A stretch of DNA of 63,979 nucleotides, the filler included, from an uncultured bacterium (lineage in GTDB: Bacteria; CAYJOG01): assembly GCA_964371695.1 (NCBI GenBank). It is 6 parts of 6 records of this genome, joined end to end, with 100 filler letters (N's around TTAATTAATTAA, not from the genome) between each part and the next. Parts side by side here need not be neighbours in the genome. Positions count along the whole stretch, not along the records: positions 45,064 to 56,113 come from CAYJOG010000053.1; positions 56,214 to 63,979 come from CAYJOG010000115.1; 4 more parts are not named here. The stretch is one strand, 5' to 3'. Positions 49,702 to 59,099 of the stretch are shown here, one piece after another; position 1 is the stretch's first letter; each line of letters starts with the position of its first letter. Below the pieces are notes generated by a model. It ran no database searches. It worked only from the letters and a program-made list of their open reading frames with translations, and was not told where the DNA came from. The position numbers and the translations under genes were made by a program.

Positions 49702-51735
49702 CTACCCCGCCGCACTGCGGCGGGGCATGGCCCACAGGGCCGACAGCAGGGCCGCCAGCGGCAGGGGAATCCACCCCATCACCAGCCATCCGCCGCCGGG
49801 CACAAGCCACAGGCCCAGCAACGCGCCCAGCAGGCTGGCCACCACGCCCGCACTCAGGGTGGGGTGAAGCTGTTTCAGGCGCGCCCAATCAGTGGGGCGG
49901 CGCACCAGCGACAGCAGCGCCACACCTGTCGCCAGGGGGGCCATCAGGCCCGGCCAGCGCAATAGCGCCGAAAGGTTCTCATTCAGATACCCCCCCTTCA
50001 TCAACGCCTCCTGACCCGCCAGAAAAGCCAGCGCGCCACCCACCAGCGACACCACCAGCCATTCGCCGCCGCTGCCCGCCCGGTGACTGTGGGCCAGCAA
50101 GAGCGCCAGCAGCACCCCCACACCCAGCGTGGCCGCCACCGGCTGCGCCCCCAGGGGCCCCAGCCCCATGGCCAGCAGCATCAACAGCCCCAGGCCGCCC
50201 CCTGCCCAGGCCACGGCCTTGCTGCGCCCCGGCGCTGCGCCGCCCTCCCAGGCCGCCGCAGTCACCATGCCCCCCAGGGCCAGACCACACAAAAACGGGT
50301 GCATGTCCGTTCTGGCCCAGGCCCCGTCCGGCCCCGGCAAAAACGAAAACCGGCTCAGCACTTCGCCCGAAAAACCATCCACCAGCCCCAGCAGCAACGA
50401 CAAAAAACCTCCGGCCAGCAAGGCCACCGAAAGCCGCCTGCCCAGCCACAACGCCGCCAGCAACAGCAGCAACGCACCCGAAAACGCCAGCCCCGCCCAC
50501 GGCAGCGCGCCCCAGGCAAACCCAAGGGGCGAAAACACCCATAGGGACACGGGCCAGATCAGCACCAGCGCCCCCAGGTTGCCCAGGGCCGAAGCCCCCG
50601 GCGCGCCATAAGAAACATGGCTCAGCAGCCACATCAGCAGCAGACCCAGAGCCAGTGCCGCCACCAGCGGCTGGGGCATGGATTTTTCCAGCGCACGGCG
50701 GCGGGTGTCGTGGTGTTGCAGGTTTCGCAGCGTGTCAAAAGCGGCGACCCCCTGGGGTTTTTTGAGGCCCGGCGCGGCCACACCGGCGGGGGGAGAAAGC
50801 GTGAACAGGCTGCCCACAAGTCCCCCCACACTGGCCGGGAGCACCACGCCCGTTTTTGGCCCCGACATGAGGCCGCCTTTGGGGAAATCCGGCCCCAGCC
50901 CCAGCAACACACCCGGCTCACCGGGGCCGCCCAGACCCATCACCAGCAGGTCGGCAGATTCGCCGGTGTCCTGATGCAGCCGCTGCACCAGCAGGGCCAG
51001 TTCGCCCAGCGCCGAGCGGCGCAAAAAAGGCCGCCGCGCTGCCGAGACAAAGGGCGATTCCTGCGCCAGACGCGAGAGTGTGCCCACCTCGGCCACCACA
51101 AAGGCGCGGCGCGAGAGGGCTGTCCACACCACGGCGGCGAAACGCGCGGTGTCCAGCCGCCGCCCGCAGGCGGCGGTGCCGTCGGCCCGCGTAAAGTCGC
51201 CGGTGGTGCGTACCCAGGGCAAAAAACCGTTGGGTCGGGCCGCCAGCAGGGCCGCTGCGGGGTGGGGCGAAAGGCAGGTGGTGTCGGCCACCAGGGCGCT
51301 TTCGATGCCCACCTGGGCCAGCCCCCCCGCCAGCTCGCCCAGGGCGGGGGAACAGTTTTTCTGCAACACCGCCTGATTGGTGAGGAAGCCCTCACTCTGC
51401 GAAAGCGTGAGTCCCCACAGCCGCCCCGCCAGCGTGTTGCTGGCCGTGCTGGCCAGGCTCAGGTGCGGTGCGTGACGGCACGCCGCCGGGCGCAGCGCCG
51501 AGACAGACGCGAGCGAGGACAACACCGTCCCCGGCGGCAGCAAGCCCACGGTGGCCGACTGGCTAAATGCCTCAAAGGGGCTTTCGGCCCCCAGCACGTC
51601 GTGGGCGGTGAGGCCCGGCGCTGCCAACACCGCCAGACGCCCGGCCCTGGCCCATGCCGGTGAGGCAAACAGAGTCGCCCACAGGCACAACCCCAGCAGG
51701 GCCGCGCCGGTCACGCCATAAAACCGCCGTCGCAT
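49702..51735 (-). CDS. Hypothetical membrane protein (extracytoplasmic N-domain plus about 10 TM)
   Basis: Signal peptide, long hydrophobic C-half. Confidence 0.6.
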   Translation of the reverse strand: MRRRFYGVTGAALLGLCLWATLFASPAWARAGRLAVLAAPGLTAHDVLGAESPFEAFSQSATVGLLPPGTVLSSLASVSALRPAACRHAPHLSLASTASNTLAGRLWGLTLSQSEGFLTNQAVLQKNCSPALGELAGGLAQVGIESALVADTTCLSPHPAAALLAARPNGFLPWVRTTGDFTRADGTAACGRRLDTARFAAVVWTALSRRAFVVAEVGTLSRLAQESPFVSAARRPFLRRSALGELALLVQRLHQDTGESADLLVMGLGGPGEPGVLLGLGPDFPKGGLMSGPKTGVVLPASVGGLVGSLFTLSPPAGVAAPGLKKPQGVAAFDTLRNLQHHDTRRRALEKSMPQPLVAALALGLLLMWLLSHVSYGAPGASALGNLGALVLIWPVSLWVFSPLGFAWGALPWAGLAFSGALLLLLAALWLGRRLSVALLAGGFLSLLLGLVDGFSGEVLSRFSFLPGPDGAWARTDMHPFLCGLALGGMVTAAAWEGGAAPGRSKAVAWAGGGLGLLMLLAMGLGPLGAQPVAATLGVGVLLALLLAHSHRAGSGGEWLVVSLVGGALAFLAGQEALMKGGYLNENLSALLRWPGLMAPLATGVALLSLVRRPTDWARLKQLHPTLSAGVVASLLGALLGLWLVPGGGWLVMGWIPLPLAALLSALWAMPRRSAAG

Positions 51736-51793
51736 CGCGGGTTACTTTACAGCCTGTCAAACCCGCTCTTGAAGTATGCTCACCAACAAGCTT

Positions 51794-52282
51794 TCAGTCA
51801 TCATTGGTTCCACCCAAAAACTTGCCCGCCAGAATCACAGCGAGAACAGTTGCGAAAATGGTTCCAATCGCCTTGATCATGGTTGAAAAACTGTTTTTGT
51901 CTCCGGCCAACCACAGGAGATACGTCAAGCCAAATACTGCCCCGAAATAAATAATGCCTGAAAGAATCTTGAAAAATTCAATCCGGTACTGAAACTTCAC
52001 GGCATTGTCTCTGGTTTTCTGGTCCGCAGTTTCGACCTGATGACGGTGGGCCTGTTCCCTGACAGTCAGGTCCATGATTTGTTTGACGGAACCTGGGTTT
52101 GCGTATTCTGCAACCAAAGCAAAAAGTGGATTGAAGACGGAATCTTGAACATTTGTAATGTTCTGCTGCTGAAAGCTTTGTTGAATCAAAAGCTTCAGTT
52201 CGCTGGGTTCAATAGAAGAACTTTTCGCGCTTTGGGCGGGGACTTCTTCGGATTCATCCTTGGGAGCGTTTTTCAGGTCCAA
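51794..52282 (-). CDS. DUF2335-like membrane protein
   Basis: EYANPGSVKQIMDLTVREQAHRHQVE followed by two TM helices; low GC. Confidence 0.6.
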   Translation of the reverse strand: MDLKNAPKDESEEVPAQSAKSSSIEPSELKLLIQQSFQQQNITNVQDSVFNPLFALVAEYANPGSVKQIMDLTVREQAHRHQVETADQKTRDNAVKFQYRIEFFKILSGIIYFGAVFGLTYLLWLAGDKNSFSTMIKAIGTIFATVLAVILAGKFLGGTNDD

Positions 52283-52289
52283 AATGCCC

Positions 52290-52703
52290 TCACAAACGTC
52301 CTTTTGGAGAAAGTTCTGAAATGTTTTTGAGTTGAAGAAGAGTGGTTTCCAATGCAGATGAAGCCGCTGAGACGGTTGCTTCGTTTTTTACATTTTTTTC
52401 GTAATATCGTTTTAAAGCCTCTTTCAGTGCCGGGTCATTGAGATCGATTTCGCCCTTTGCTGGGGCAGCCAGCGCTAACCGTTCGCGCCAATACAGGGCA
52501 AAAGCTTTTTTGAAATCAGACTTGAGCTTTTGGTTGTCCAGACCAAAGCTTTCAAGGTCGGAAGAAGGGATTGGCGGGAAGGTCTCTGTTTTCTTGAGAA
52601 ATCTCACCGGAGAATCCCACAAGCCAAACGTCAAAGCCGTGCGCAGCCCCGCACCGGCCAAACACAAGGTGTTCCCAACAGAAATTTTGTAGGTTTTGGG
52701 CAT
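52290..52703 (-). CDS. Hypothetical protein, upstream partner of the DUF2335-like gene
   Basis: Low-GC ORF ending 7 nt before the next gene. Confidence 0.55.
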   Translation of the reverse strand: MPKTYKISVGNTLCLAGAGLRTALTFGLWDSPVRFLKKTETFPPIPSSDLESFGLDNQKLKSDFKKAFALYWRERLALAAPAKGEIDLNDPALKEALKRYYEKNVKNEATVSAASSALETTLLQLKNISELSPKGRL

Positions 52704-52840
52704 GTGCAGCTTTCTGTGCAGGTTGACCTTGCCGTTTTTTAAATGCCTCGAAAAGAAACGAAGCAGCCGAAAAACCCCGACGCCCGCACACCGATTTTAT
52801 AGTCAAATCCCCGAATATTGCAAAGGCTTGTGAAACACGT

Positions 52841-54346
52841 TCAGTTCATCAGCGCGGCCTGGCGCTCGGCCAGGGCGGCGATGGTGAGCGAGGGGGGCAG
52901 GCCCGGCGGGTGGGGATAGAGGCTGGCGTCGGCCACATAAAGCCCCGGATAACCAAACACCTGGCCGGTGTGGTCCACCACGCCGCGCTGGCGGTTGGGG
53001 CCGATGCTGGCGCCCCCCAGCAGGTGGGTGGTGATGATGTTGCGCGCGCCTTTGCCCCCCGGAAAATTCGCCCAGGTGAGCAGGGGGTGATAGTGGCTGG
53101 CCAGTTTTTCGGCGGCTGCTTCGGTTTCGTCAAACAGGCCGCCGCCCACGCGCCGGTCCAGGTCGGTGTGTACAAACTGGCCGTCAAACGTGGCCGTGCC
53201 CGTGCCTTTGTCGCGCCCCATCACCAGCAAAAGCGCCGAACTGCCCAGCAGGGGTTTGAGCACCGCCCCCAGGGGCAGCGCGCTGAGGGGCAAGCCCACT
53301 TCGCCCACGGTGAAGTCGTGCCGCGCCCCCTTGCCGGGTCCATAACCCGCCAGAAAAGCCGTGCCTCGACTGGAGTCTTTCAGTTCTCGCGACCCCAGCA
53401 CCACCGCCCCCATGTCGCCGTTGGGCGACAGGTTTTTGCCCAGGGCGGGCGGCAGGCCAGGCAGCGTGCTGTCGGTGTCCCGCGCCTGAAACAGCAGCCG
53501 CAATGTGTTGAGTGTGCCCGCCGCCAACACCAGGCGCGGCGCACGGGCTTTGCGTTTTTTGCCCGTGCGGTGATCGGTGAAGCGCACCTCGTAATGTTTG
53601 CCTTCCTGGCCAATGCCCGTGACCTCGCACAGCGGCTCCACCTTGGCCCCGGCGCAGATGGCCAGGGGCAGATAGGTGAGGTCCAGCGTGGTTTTGGCCC
53701 TGTTGGGGCAACCCATCAGGCACATGCCCCTTTGGGTGCAGGTGCCCTGGGCCACACCGGCGGCGTTGATGATTTTTTCGCCGTGGTGCGGGTCTTTGCC
53801 CCAGGCCACGGCCACGGGCACACGCTCTGGCTCACCCAGGCCGCAGGCCGCCCCCGCCTGGGCAAACAGGCGGTTTTTTTCGGGCAGATCGTGCCCATGG
53901 GGAAAAGGCTGCGGATTGATGAGGGCCTTGACCTTTTTGAAATAAGGGGCCATTTCGCGGGCGGTGATTTCGGGCACAAAACCTTTCCAGAAATCCGCGC
54001 CAGGCTCTTGCAGCACGCTGGTGTAGGCCAGCGAGCCGCCCCCCACCGCGCTGCCCCCCAGCACCAGCAGCCGGTTGAACAGGTGCATTTCATACCACCC
54101 GTCGGGCCGCACCATCAGTTCCCGGCCATTTTCGGTGAGGGCGAAACGCACGTTGCGCAGCAGCCGGGGTGCGCCCTGAAGGCCATGGGGAAAAGCCCGG
54201 CGGTTTTCGGGGGGCTGGCCCTCACCACCGCCGCCCCACCAGGGGCCACGCTCCAGCACCAGCACCCGCAGACCTTTTTCGCTCAAGCGCGCCGCCGTGA
54301 CCGCGCCGCCAAACCCCGACCCCACCACGATGGCATCCCAGGACAT
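52841..54346 (-). CDS. GMC oxidoreductase (cholesterol oxidase-like)
   Basis: VGSGFGG, VLERG, VGGGSL, C..C..GC..AKTTLD..YL, HLLGG, YVADAS. Confidence 0.88.
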   Translation of the reverse strand: MSWDAIVVGSGFGGAVTAARLSEKGLRVLVLERGPWWGGGGEGQPPENRRAFPHGLQGAPRLLRNVRFALTENGRELMVRPDGWYEMHLFNRLLVLGGSAVGGGSLAYTSVLQEPGADFWKGFVPEITAREMAPYFKKVKALINPQPFPHGHDLPEKNRLFAQAGAACGLGEPERVPVAVAWGKDPHHGEKIINAAGVAQGTCTQRGMCLMGCPNRAKTTLDLTYLPLAICAGAKVEPLCEVTGIGQEGKHYEVRFTDHRTGKKRKARAPRLVLAAGTLNTLRLLFQARDTDSTLPGLPPALGKNLSPNGDMGAVVLGSRELKDSSRGTAFLAGYGPGKGARHDFTVGEVGLPLSALPLGAVLKPLLGSSALLLVMGRDKGTGTATFDGQFVHTDLDRRVGGGLFDETEAAAEKLASHYHPLLTWANFPGGKGARNIITTHLLGGASIGPNRQRGVVDHTGQVFGYPGLYVADASLYPHPPGLPPSLTIAALAERQAALMN

Positions 54347-54477
54347 GGGACCAGTATAAACCCAGTGGCGGATAAGGGGATGCTTTTATCCTGACAAGCC
54401 TGTGCTGAGTCGGTGTGAAGTCTTTTTTCCCACCTCCCAACTTCCGATTTCCAGCCCCCAGCCTGTAAACTCTCCTC

Positions 54478-55566
54478 ATGGCCGACCGGCTCTGGGGTTT
54501 TATTGACGACACGGCGCGCCTGTTCAGCGAAGAACTGGGCCGGGACCTGCGGGAACCCCTGAAGGTGGTGGGCCACCTGCCCATGGGAGACGGTGCGCTG
54601 CCAGAGGGCATGAAAACCACCCGCTATGGCCGCGTGCTGCGCCGGGCCGACGACGAGGTGCTCTATCAGGGCTTCGCCAGCGACGATCGCATTGGCCCCT
54701 TTCTGTTGCGGTTGCAGCTCAAGAACACCGCCTCGCTGGGGCCGGTGTTGCCCCTGCGGCTTGATTTGGGGGGGCGGCTGAAGGGCGCGGTAGAGGGCGT
54801 GGCCCGTCTGTCGCCGGTAAAGGGAGACCCGGCGGGGCGGCGTTATGTGGGTGTGGGGGGCAAGGCCGGGGCCATGTTTGGCGACAAGTCTGCGCCGCCC
54901 CAAAACGCATTGGCCGAAGCACTGAACGCCGACCTCACCGGCAGACGGCTGATGGCCGCCCTGCCCAGCCACAGCGAGTGGGAGGCCCAGAGCCTGACCC
55001 TGCAGGTGCGCCACGGCGGCGAACTGGTGGGGCGGGGCGATCACACCCTGGCCCAGGTGAGTTGGGTGCCGGTGCTGAGCGCCGGATTTTCCACCTTCAA
55101 CGTGAACTTTCACCTGAAGGACGCTTTTTTGCTGCTCAAACTCATCGCGGCCACCCTGCCCGACGTGGCCGCCGCCAATCCACCCACCGCACGGCCCACG
55201 GGTGACCTGGAGTTTTTCAAGGACATGGACAAACTGGGCAGCATGGGCCTGCCCGCCCACGCCAGTCAGGCGCGGGAGGTGCTGGATCATTTGGTGGACC
55301 TGCTGCGCCACGACCGGGGCGAAGACGCCGTGTGGCCCCTGCTGAGCAACGACTCGCCTCTGCGCCGCAAAGGCGAAGTGGCCCGCCTGCGCGAAACCCT
55401 GCGCATCCATCACGGCAAAGACGCCTACCGGCTGAAATCCGTGGACTGGCGATACAGCGGCCTGAAAGAAGCCGTGGCCGTGCTCACCACCCCCAGCGGC
55501 CCCTGGACGACCCGCATGAAAAAAGGTGACCGGCGCTGGGAAATCACCACCATCGAGGTGGGTTAG
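54478..55566 (+). CDS. Hypothetical protein
   Basis: 362-aa ORF with host-like codon usage and no recognised motif. Confidence 0.65.
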   Translation: MADRLWGFIDDTARLFSEELGRDLREPLKVVGHLPMGDGALPEGMKTTRYGRVLRRADDEVLYQGFASDDRIGPFLLRLQLKNTASLGPVLPLRLDLGGRLKGAVEGVARLSPVKGDPAGRRYVGVGGKAGAMFGDKSAPPQNALAEALNADLTGRRLMAALPSHSEWEAQSLTLQVRHGGELVGRGDHTLAQVSWVPVLSAGFSTFNVNFHLKDAFLLLKLIAATLPDVAAANPPTARPTGDLEFFKDMDKLGSMGLPAHASQAREVLDHLVDLLRHDRGEDAVWPLLSNDSPLRRKGEVARLRETLRIHHGKDAYRLKSVDWRYSGLKEAVAVLTTPSGPWTTRMKKGDRRWEITTIEVG

Positions 55567-55612
55567 CAGGGTGCTGATAAACACCCTGAAAAATCCATGG
55601 GTGATTTATGAG
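55565..55612 (+). repeat. Collapsed five-hairpin element / CAGGGTG palindrome (solo arm also at 56031-56056)
   Basis: CAGGGTGCTGATAAACACCCTG followed by AAATCCATGGGTGATTTATGAGAT. Confidence 0.6.
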
Positions 55613-55619
55613 ATTCGTG

Positions 55620-55958
55620 TCACGGCAAATGATCGCAGGCTTGGCCGTTGCCGTCGGTGTCCAGATGGTGGGGGTCTTTTTCGGGGCCACCCTGGCGCAT
55701 AAAAAACTCCTGGGCTTCTTGCTGGGTTTTGAAATCTCCGCACTTTTTCAGGTCCAGCTTTTTGTCCAGGCCCGGCGTTAGGCCCAGGGGAAAACGGGTG
55801 CGGGGCACCACGTGGTGGGCGAGGTACCACCCCGTCAACGACCCGGCTCCCGCCAGCACCCCCAGATAGGCACCAAAAGCCAAAAGTCGCAGCAGGCAAC
55901 CTTTGGCGGAAATCTCCGGCTTTTTCTCACCAGCGTCAGGCGGCGGGGATTTTTCCAT
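55620..55958 (-). CDS. Excalibur calcium-binding domain membrane protein
   Basis: One TM, then KCGDFKTQQEAQEFF...DPHHLDTDGNGQAC. Confidence 0.85.
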   Translation of the reverse strand: MEKSPPPDAGEKKPEISAKGCLLRLLAFGAYLGVLAGAGSLTGWYLAHHVVPRTRFPLGLTPGLDKKLDLKKCGDFKTQQEAQEFFMRQGGPEKDPHHLDTDGNGQACDHLP

Positions 55959-56213
55959 GGGGATAACCTGATTGTAGGGCGCACCGCCGCCCTGGTGGGC
56001 CGAATGTTGCTTAACTCCTCTGCGGTGAATAGCAGGGTGTTTATCAACACCCTGCTGGTGGTTCATTCGACTCAAAATGAGTAGCAGCGATGTCCCCATC
56101 GCTGCTGTCATAGNNNNNNNNNNNNNNNNNNNNNNNNNNNNNNNNNNNNNNNNNNNNTTAATTAATTAANNNNNNNNNNNNNNNNNNNNNNNNNNNNNNN
56201 NNNNNNNNNNNNN

Positions 56214-56720
56214 CGCCCCGACGATGCCACCGCCCATGCGTTGGCCGCCGCCGACCCGGCCTGGGCGCAAAAAATTAACCCCAATGATCAGTTGCGTGTG
56301 GTGCGGGGCCTGGAGATTTTGCACCTCACGGGGCAGGGGCCTTCATTTCAGCAGCGGGAAGAAAACCGCTGGCTGGTGAAGGGGGTTTTCCTGAATCCCT
56401 CCAAAGAAGAACTGCACCGCCGCATTGGCGAGCGCACCGAGCGGTTGTTGCAGGAGGGCTGGGTGCAGGAGGTGCGGCGGATGCTGGAGGCTGGGGTGTC
56501 CGCCAGCGCACCGGCGTTGCAAAGCATCGGTTACCCTGAGGTGGTGGCGCTGGTGCTGGGAGAAATGACCGAGGCCGAATGCCTGCGGGCGATTCTCACC
56601 CGCACCCGTCAATATGCCCGCAAACAGGTGCAACTGCTGCGCACCTTCACACAACTCACCGTGGTGGAGCACCCCGAAGAAGCGGCGGAAAGGCTGGTGG
56701 CGCTTGGCCGCACATTCTGA
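56214..56720 (+). CDS. miaA: tRNA dimethylallyltransferase, 3' fragment
   Basis: INPNDQLRVVRGLE, QSIGYPE, TRQYARKQ. Confidence 0.9.
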   Translation, partial: RPDDATAHALAAADPAWAQKINPNDQLRVVRGLEILHLTGQGPSFQQREENRWLVKGVFLNPSKEELHRRIGERTERLLQEGWVQEVRRMLEAGVSASAPALQSIGYPEVVALVLGEMTEAECLRAILTRTRQYARKQVQLLRTFTQLTVVEHPEEAAERLVALGRTF

Positions 56721-56748
56721 AAAACACACTTGGCCCGGTCTGCGCAAC

Positions 56749-57849
56749 ATGGCCATGTTTGTGATTTCGCCCAGTTATCCCCAGTCGCGGGCGGTGGTGT
56801 TGGACGGCGCGGCGGTGCTGCGTCAGAAACTGGGGCTGGAAGTGAAAAATACGATGCGCCAGCCTGAGCCGGATGAAACTTTTCTGGACGCACTTGCGCA
56901 GCGGGTGGCCACGGTGCAGGCTTTGCTGCGACACCCCGGCCCGGCCCTGGGCTGGGCGGCGCGGGGGGGCCTGGGGGCCTATGAGGTGGCGCTGGAACTG
57001 GACAAAAAACTCAGCCGGGCGCGCCCCCGGTTTTTGAAATCGGTGCTGGGTTACAGCGACATCACGGCGCTGCACCTGTTGTGGCGCAAACACCGCCTGG
57101 GGCCGTCATTTTTGGGCCCCCACACGGGGGGGATCGCGAGTGGGCGAGACCCGCTGAGCCTTCAGGCTTTTCGCCTGCTGCTTGAGCCGGGGCCGGTGGC
57201 GGTTTCACTCAAGGGCCGGTGGCTGGGCGACACCACGCGCCTGCCCGCCCAGGCAGAATTGTTGGGGGGCAACCTCACGGTGCTGGCCAGCACCCTGGGG
57301 GGCCCGCTGTGGCAAAACCAGCCGGGACGGTTTGTGTTGTGCCTCGAAGACATTGACGAGGAACCGTATCAGGTGGACCGCGCCCTCATGGCCCTGAAGG
57401 GGGCGGGTGTGCTGAAGCGGGCGGTGGCGGTGGTGTGGGGCGATTTCACCGGCTGCGAAAAGCCCGAAGAGCCTGTTTCTGAATTGCACCATGTGGAACA
57501 GGGTGTCATAGAAACAGGCTCTTGCGGGACAGGGATGTCCCGCCCCAAAAACCGAAGTGTTGAAAACACTGAGGTTTTTGCCCGCCAAGGGGGCTTTGCC
57601 CCCGATGGCGGTGAGTTAATAAAGTCCAGGAGGGACTTTATTAACAGACCCAAAGTCAAATTCGGCCCTGAGTTTGAAGACGTTTTCCGCCACAGGATTT
57701 TGTCACTGGGTGTGCCGGTGCTGCGCACGGATCACTTTGGCCACGGCGCGCATCAGGGTTTGTTGCCGCTGGGTGTGAAGGTGGCCCTGGGCCGGAAAAA
57801 AACAGGTCTGGAGTTGAGGATGGAGGGAGTCAGAGCAAAATCTTCCTGA
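56749..57849 (+). CDS. ldcA: LD-carboxypeptidase (peptidase S66) with an in-frame repeat insertion
   Basis: ARGG, GYSDIT (Ser), GGNL, LEDIDE (Glu), FGHG (His); start approximate. Confidence 0.85.
   Translation: MAMFVISPSYPQSRAVVLDGAAVLRQKLGLEVKNTMRQPEPDETFLDALAQRVATVQALLRHPGPALGWAARGGLGAYEVALELDKKLSRARPRFLKSVLGYSDITALHLLWRKHRLGPSFLGPHTGGIASGRDPLSLQAFRLLLEPGPVAVSLKGRWLGDTTRLPAQAELLGGNLTVLASTLGGPLWQNQPGRFVLCLEDIDEEPYQVDRALMALKGAGVLKRAVAVVWGDFTGCEKPEEPVSELHHVEQGVIETGSCGTGMSRPKNRSVENTEVFARQGGFAPDGGELIKSRRDFINRPKVKFGPEFEDVFRHRILSLGVPVLRTDHFGHGAHQGLLPLGVKVALGRKKTGLELRMEGVRAKSS
57469..57651 (+). mobile_element. Five-hairpin repeat element inserted in frame (183 bp, 61 codons)
   Basis: Colinear with the 18641-18822 copy; AT-richer than the flanking codons; ends GAGCCTGTT...AACAGACCC. 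Confidence 0.88.
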
Positions 57850-57876
57850 ACGTAGACGCAGAAAGCCGTCTGAAAA

Positions 57877-58058
57877 TGCCCTCTCCCTGAGGGAGAGGGC
57901 AGGCTGGGACCAAACGAAGGTGAGGTCTCAGCCGGGTGAGGGGGGAAAGAAAACGCCTGCCGAAACAGGGGTTTGGGAAAAACCAGCCGCTCCCCCTCAC
58001 CCGCCTTGGGTCTCGCTCTGCTCAACCTGCGGCTGCCCTCTCCCTCAGGGAGGGGGCA
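57877..58058. repeat. CCCTCTCCC paired palindromic element
   Basis: Reverse-complement homolog of 18376-18556, again between convergent genes. Confidence 0.85.
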
Positions 58059-58103
58059 AATGACGGCACCTCATTTTTTGACTACATCAAGCTTGGCTTT
58101 GCC

Positions 58104-59099
58104 CTAGCCAATAAGCAAAGCGTCTCTGTGTTTTTCGTTCTCTGCCGCCGTGGCGCCTTCAAAAACAAGACAGTCTCTCAGCACCGCCCCCGCGCCGATT
58201 TTTACCCCCTGGCTGAGGGACACATAAGGTCCGATGACCGCATTTGCGCCAATCTCCACGTGGGGTTCCACATAAACCGGTGCTTTGAATTTCACGCTGG
58301 GGTGCGCCTTGACGAAGGGGCCGATGTAAAGACCCTTTTTGCGGGGCGGGAAGGGAAAGGTTTCTCCCAGCTTGCCCTCCAGCAGCAGGCGGTGGTGAGC
58401 AAGCAGGCGCTGGGGGGTGCCCACGTCGCAGAAATAACCCGTGTGGATGAGGGTTTGAATGGTGAGGTCCTGGCGGAAGAGTTCGGGCAACACATGGGGG
58501 GCCAGGTCCAGCGGGGTCTGGCCAGAAAGGGGTTCCAGCACTTTTTTCAGCGTGGGAATGTGCCACAGGCTCAGCCCCAGAAAACCCCGCGCCGCCACCG
58601 CGAGCGCAGCGTCCGGCCCTTTGCCGCCCACGCTCACCACGCGGTTTTCGGCGTCGATGCCCAGGGTTTGTGGGCAATAGGCGGGCACGGCGGTACACCA
58701 GAACACCACGGGCGCGGGCGGGTTTTTGAGGGCGGCGGTCAGGTTGGCGGGCGAGGTGTCCAGATAGGCGTCGGCGTTATGCACCAGCAGCCAGTCGCTT
58801 TCAAAAAAGGGCAGGGCGTGGCGAATCCCTCCCAGGGGGCCCAGCACGATTTCTTCATGGCTCAGTCGCAGGGGCGCACGCACACCGGCCATGTTTTCAA
58901 CCGCCCTGGCGATGGCCTTTGCGTGATAGTGGGTGTTCACCACCACCTGCTGCGGACCCTCTGCCGCCACGCGGTCCACAGCCCGGCGCAGCAGGGTCTG
59001 GCCCAGCAGGGGAATGAGGGGCTTGGCCAGTTGATCGGTGAGGGGTTTTAACCGGCGGCCTTCACCGGCGGCCAGCACCATGGCGTCAAAAGTTTTCAC
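58104..59099 (-). CDS. Sugar-phosphate nucleotidyltransferase with a left-handed beta-helix tail
   Basis: AMVLAAGEGRRLKPLT..KPL, VNTHY, HNAD, DVGTP, hexapeptide repeats. Confidence 0.88.
   Translation of the reverse strand: MKTFDAMVLAAGEGRRLKPLTDQLAKPLIPLLGQTLLRRAVDRVAAEGPQQVVVNTHYHAKAIARAVENMAGVRAPLRLSHEEIVLGPLGGIRHALPFFESDWLLVHNADAYLDTSPANLTAALKNPPAPVVFWCTAVPAYCPQTLGIDAENRVVSVGGKGPDAALAVAARGFLGLSLWHIPTLKKVLEPLSGQTPLDLAPHVLPELFRQDLTIQTLIHTGYFCDVGTPQRLLAHHRLLLEGKLGETFPFPPRKKGLYIGPFVKAHPSVKFKAPVYVEPHVEIGANAVIGPYVSLSQGVKIGAGAVLRDCLVFEGATAAENEKHRDALLIG

Noticed and set aside
52841-54346. Sterol or hopanoid pathway linking the GMC oxidase with the B12 radical SAM genes
   Set aside because: They are on different contigs and there is no substrate evidence.
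58104-59099. murU call based on the ldcA/M23 neighbours
   Set aside because: The protein has a C-terminal hexapeptide beta-helix that typical MurU lacks, and no amgK is adjacent; left as a generic nucleotidyltransferase.
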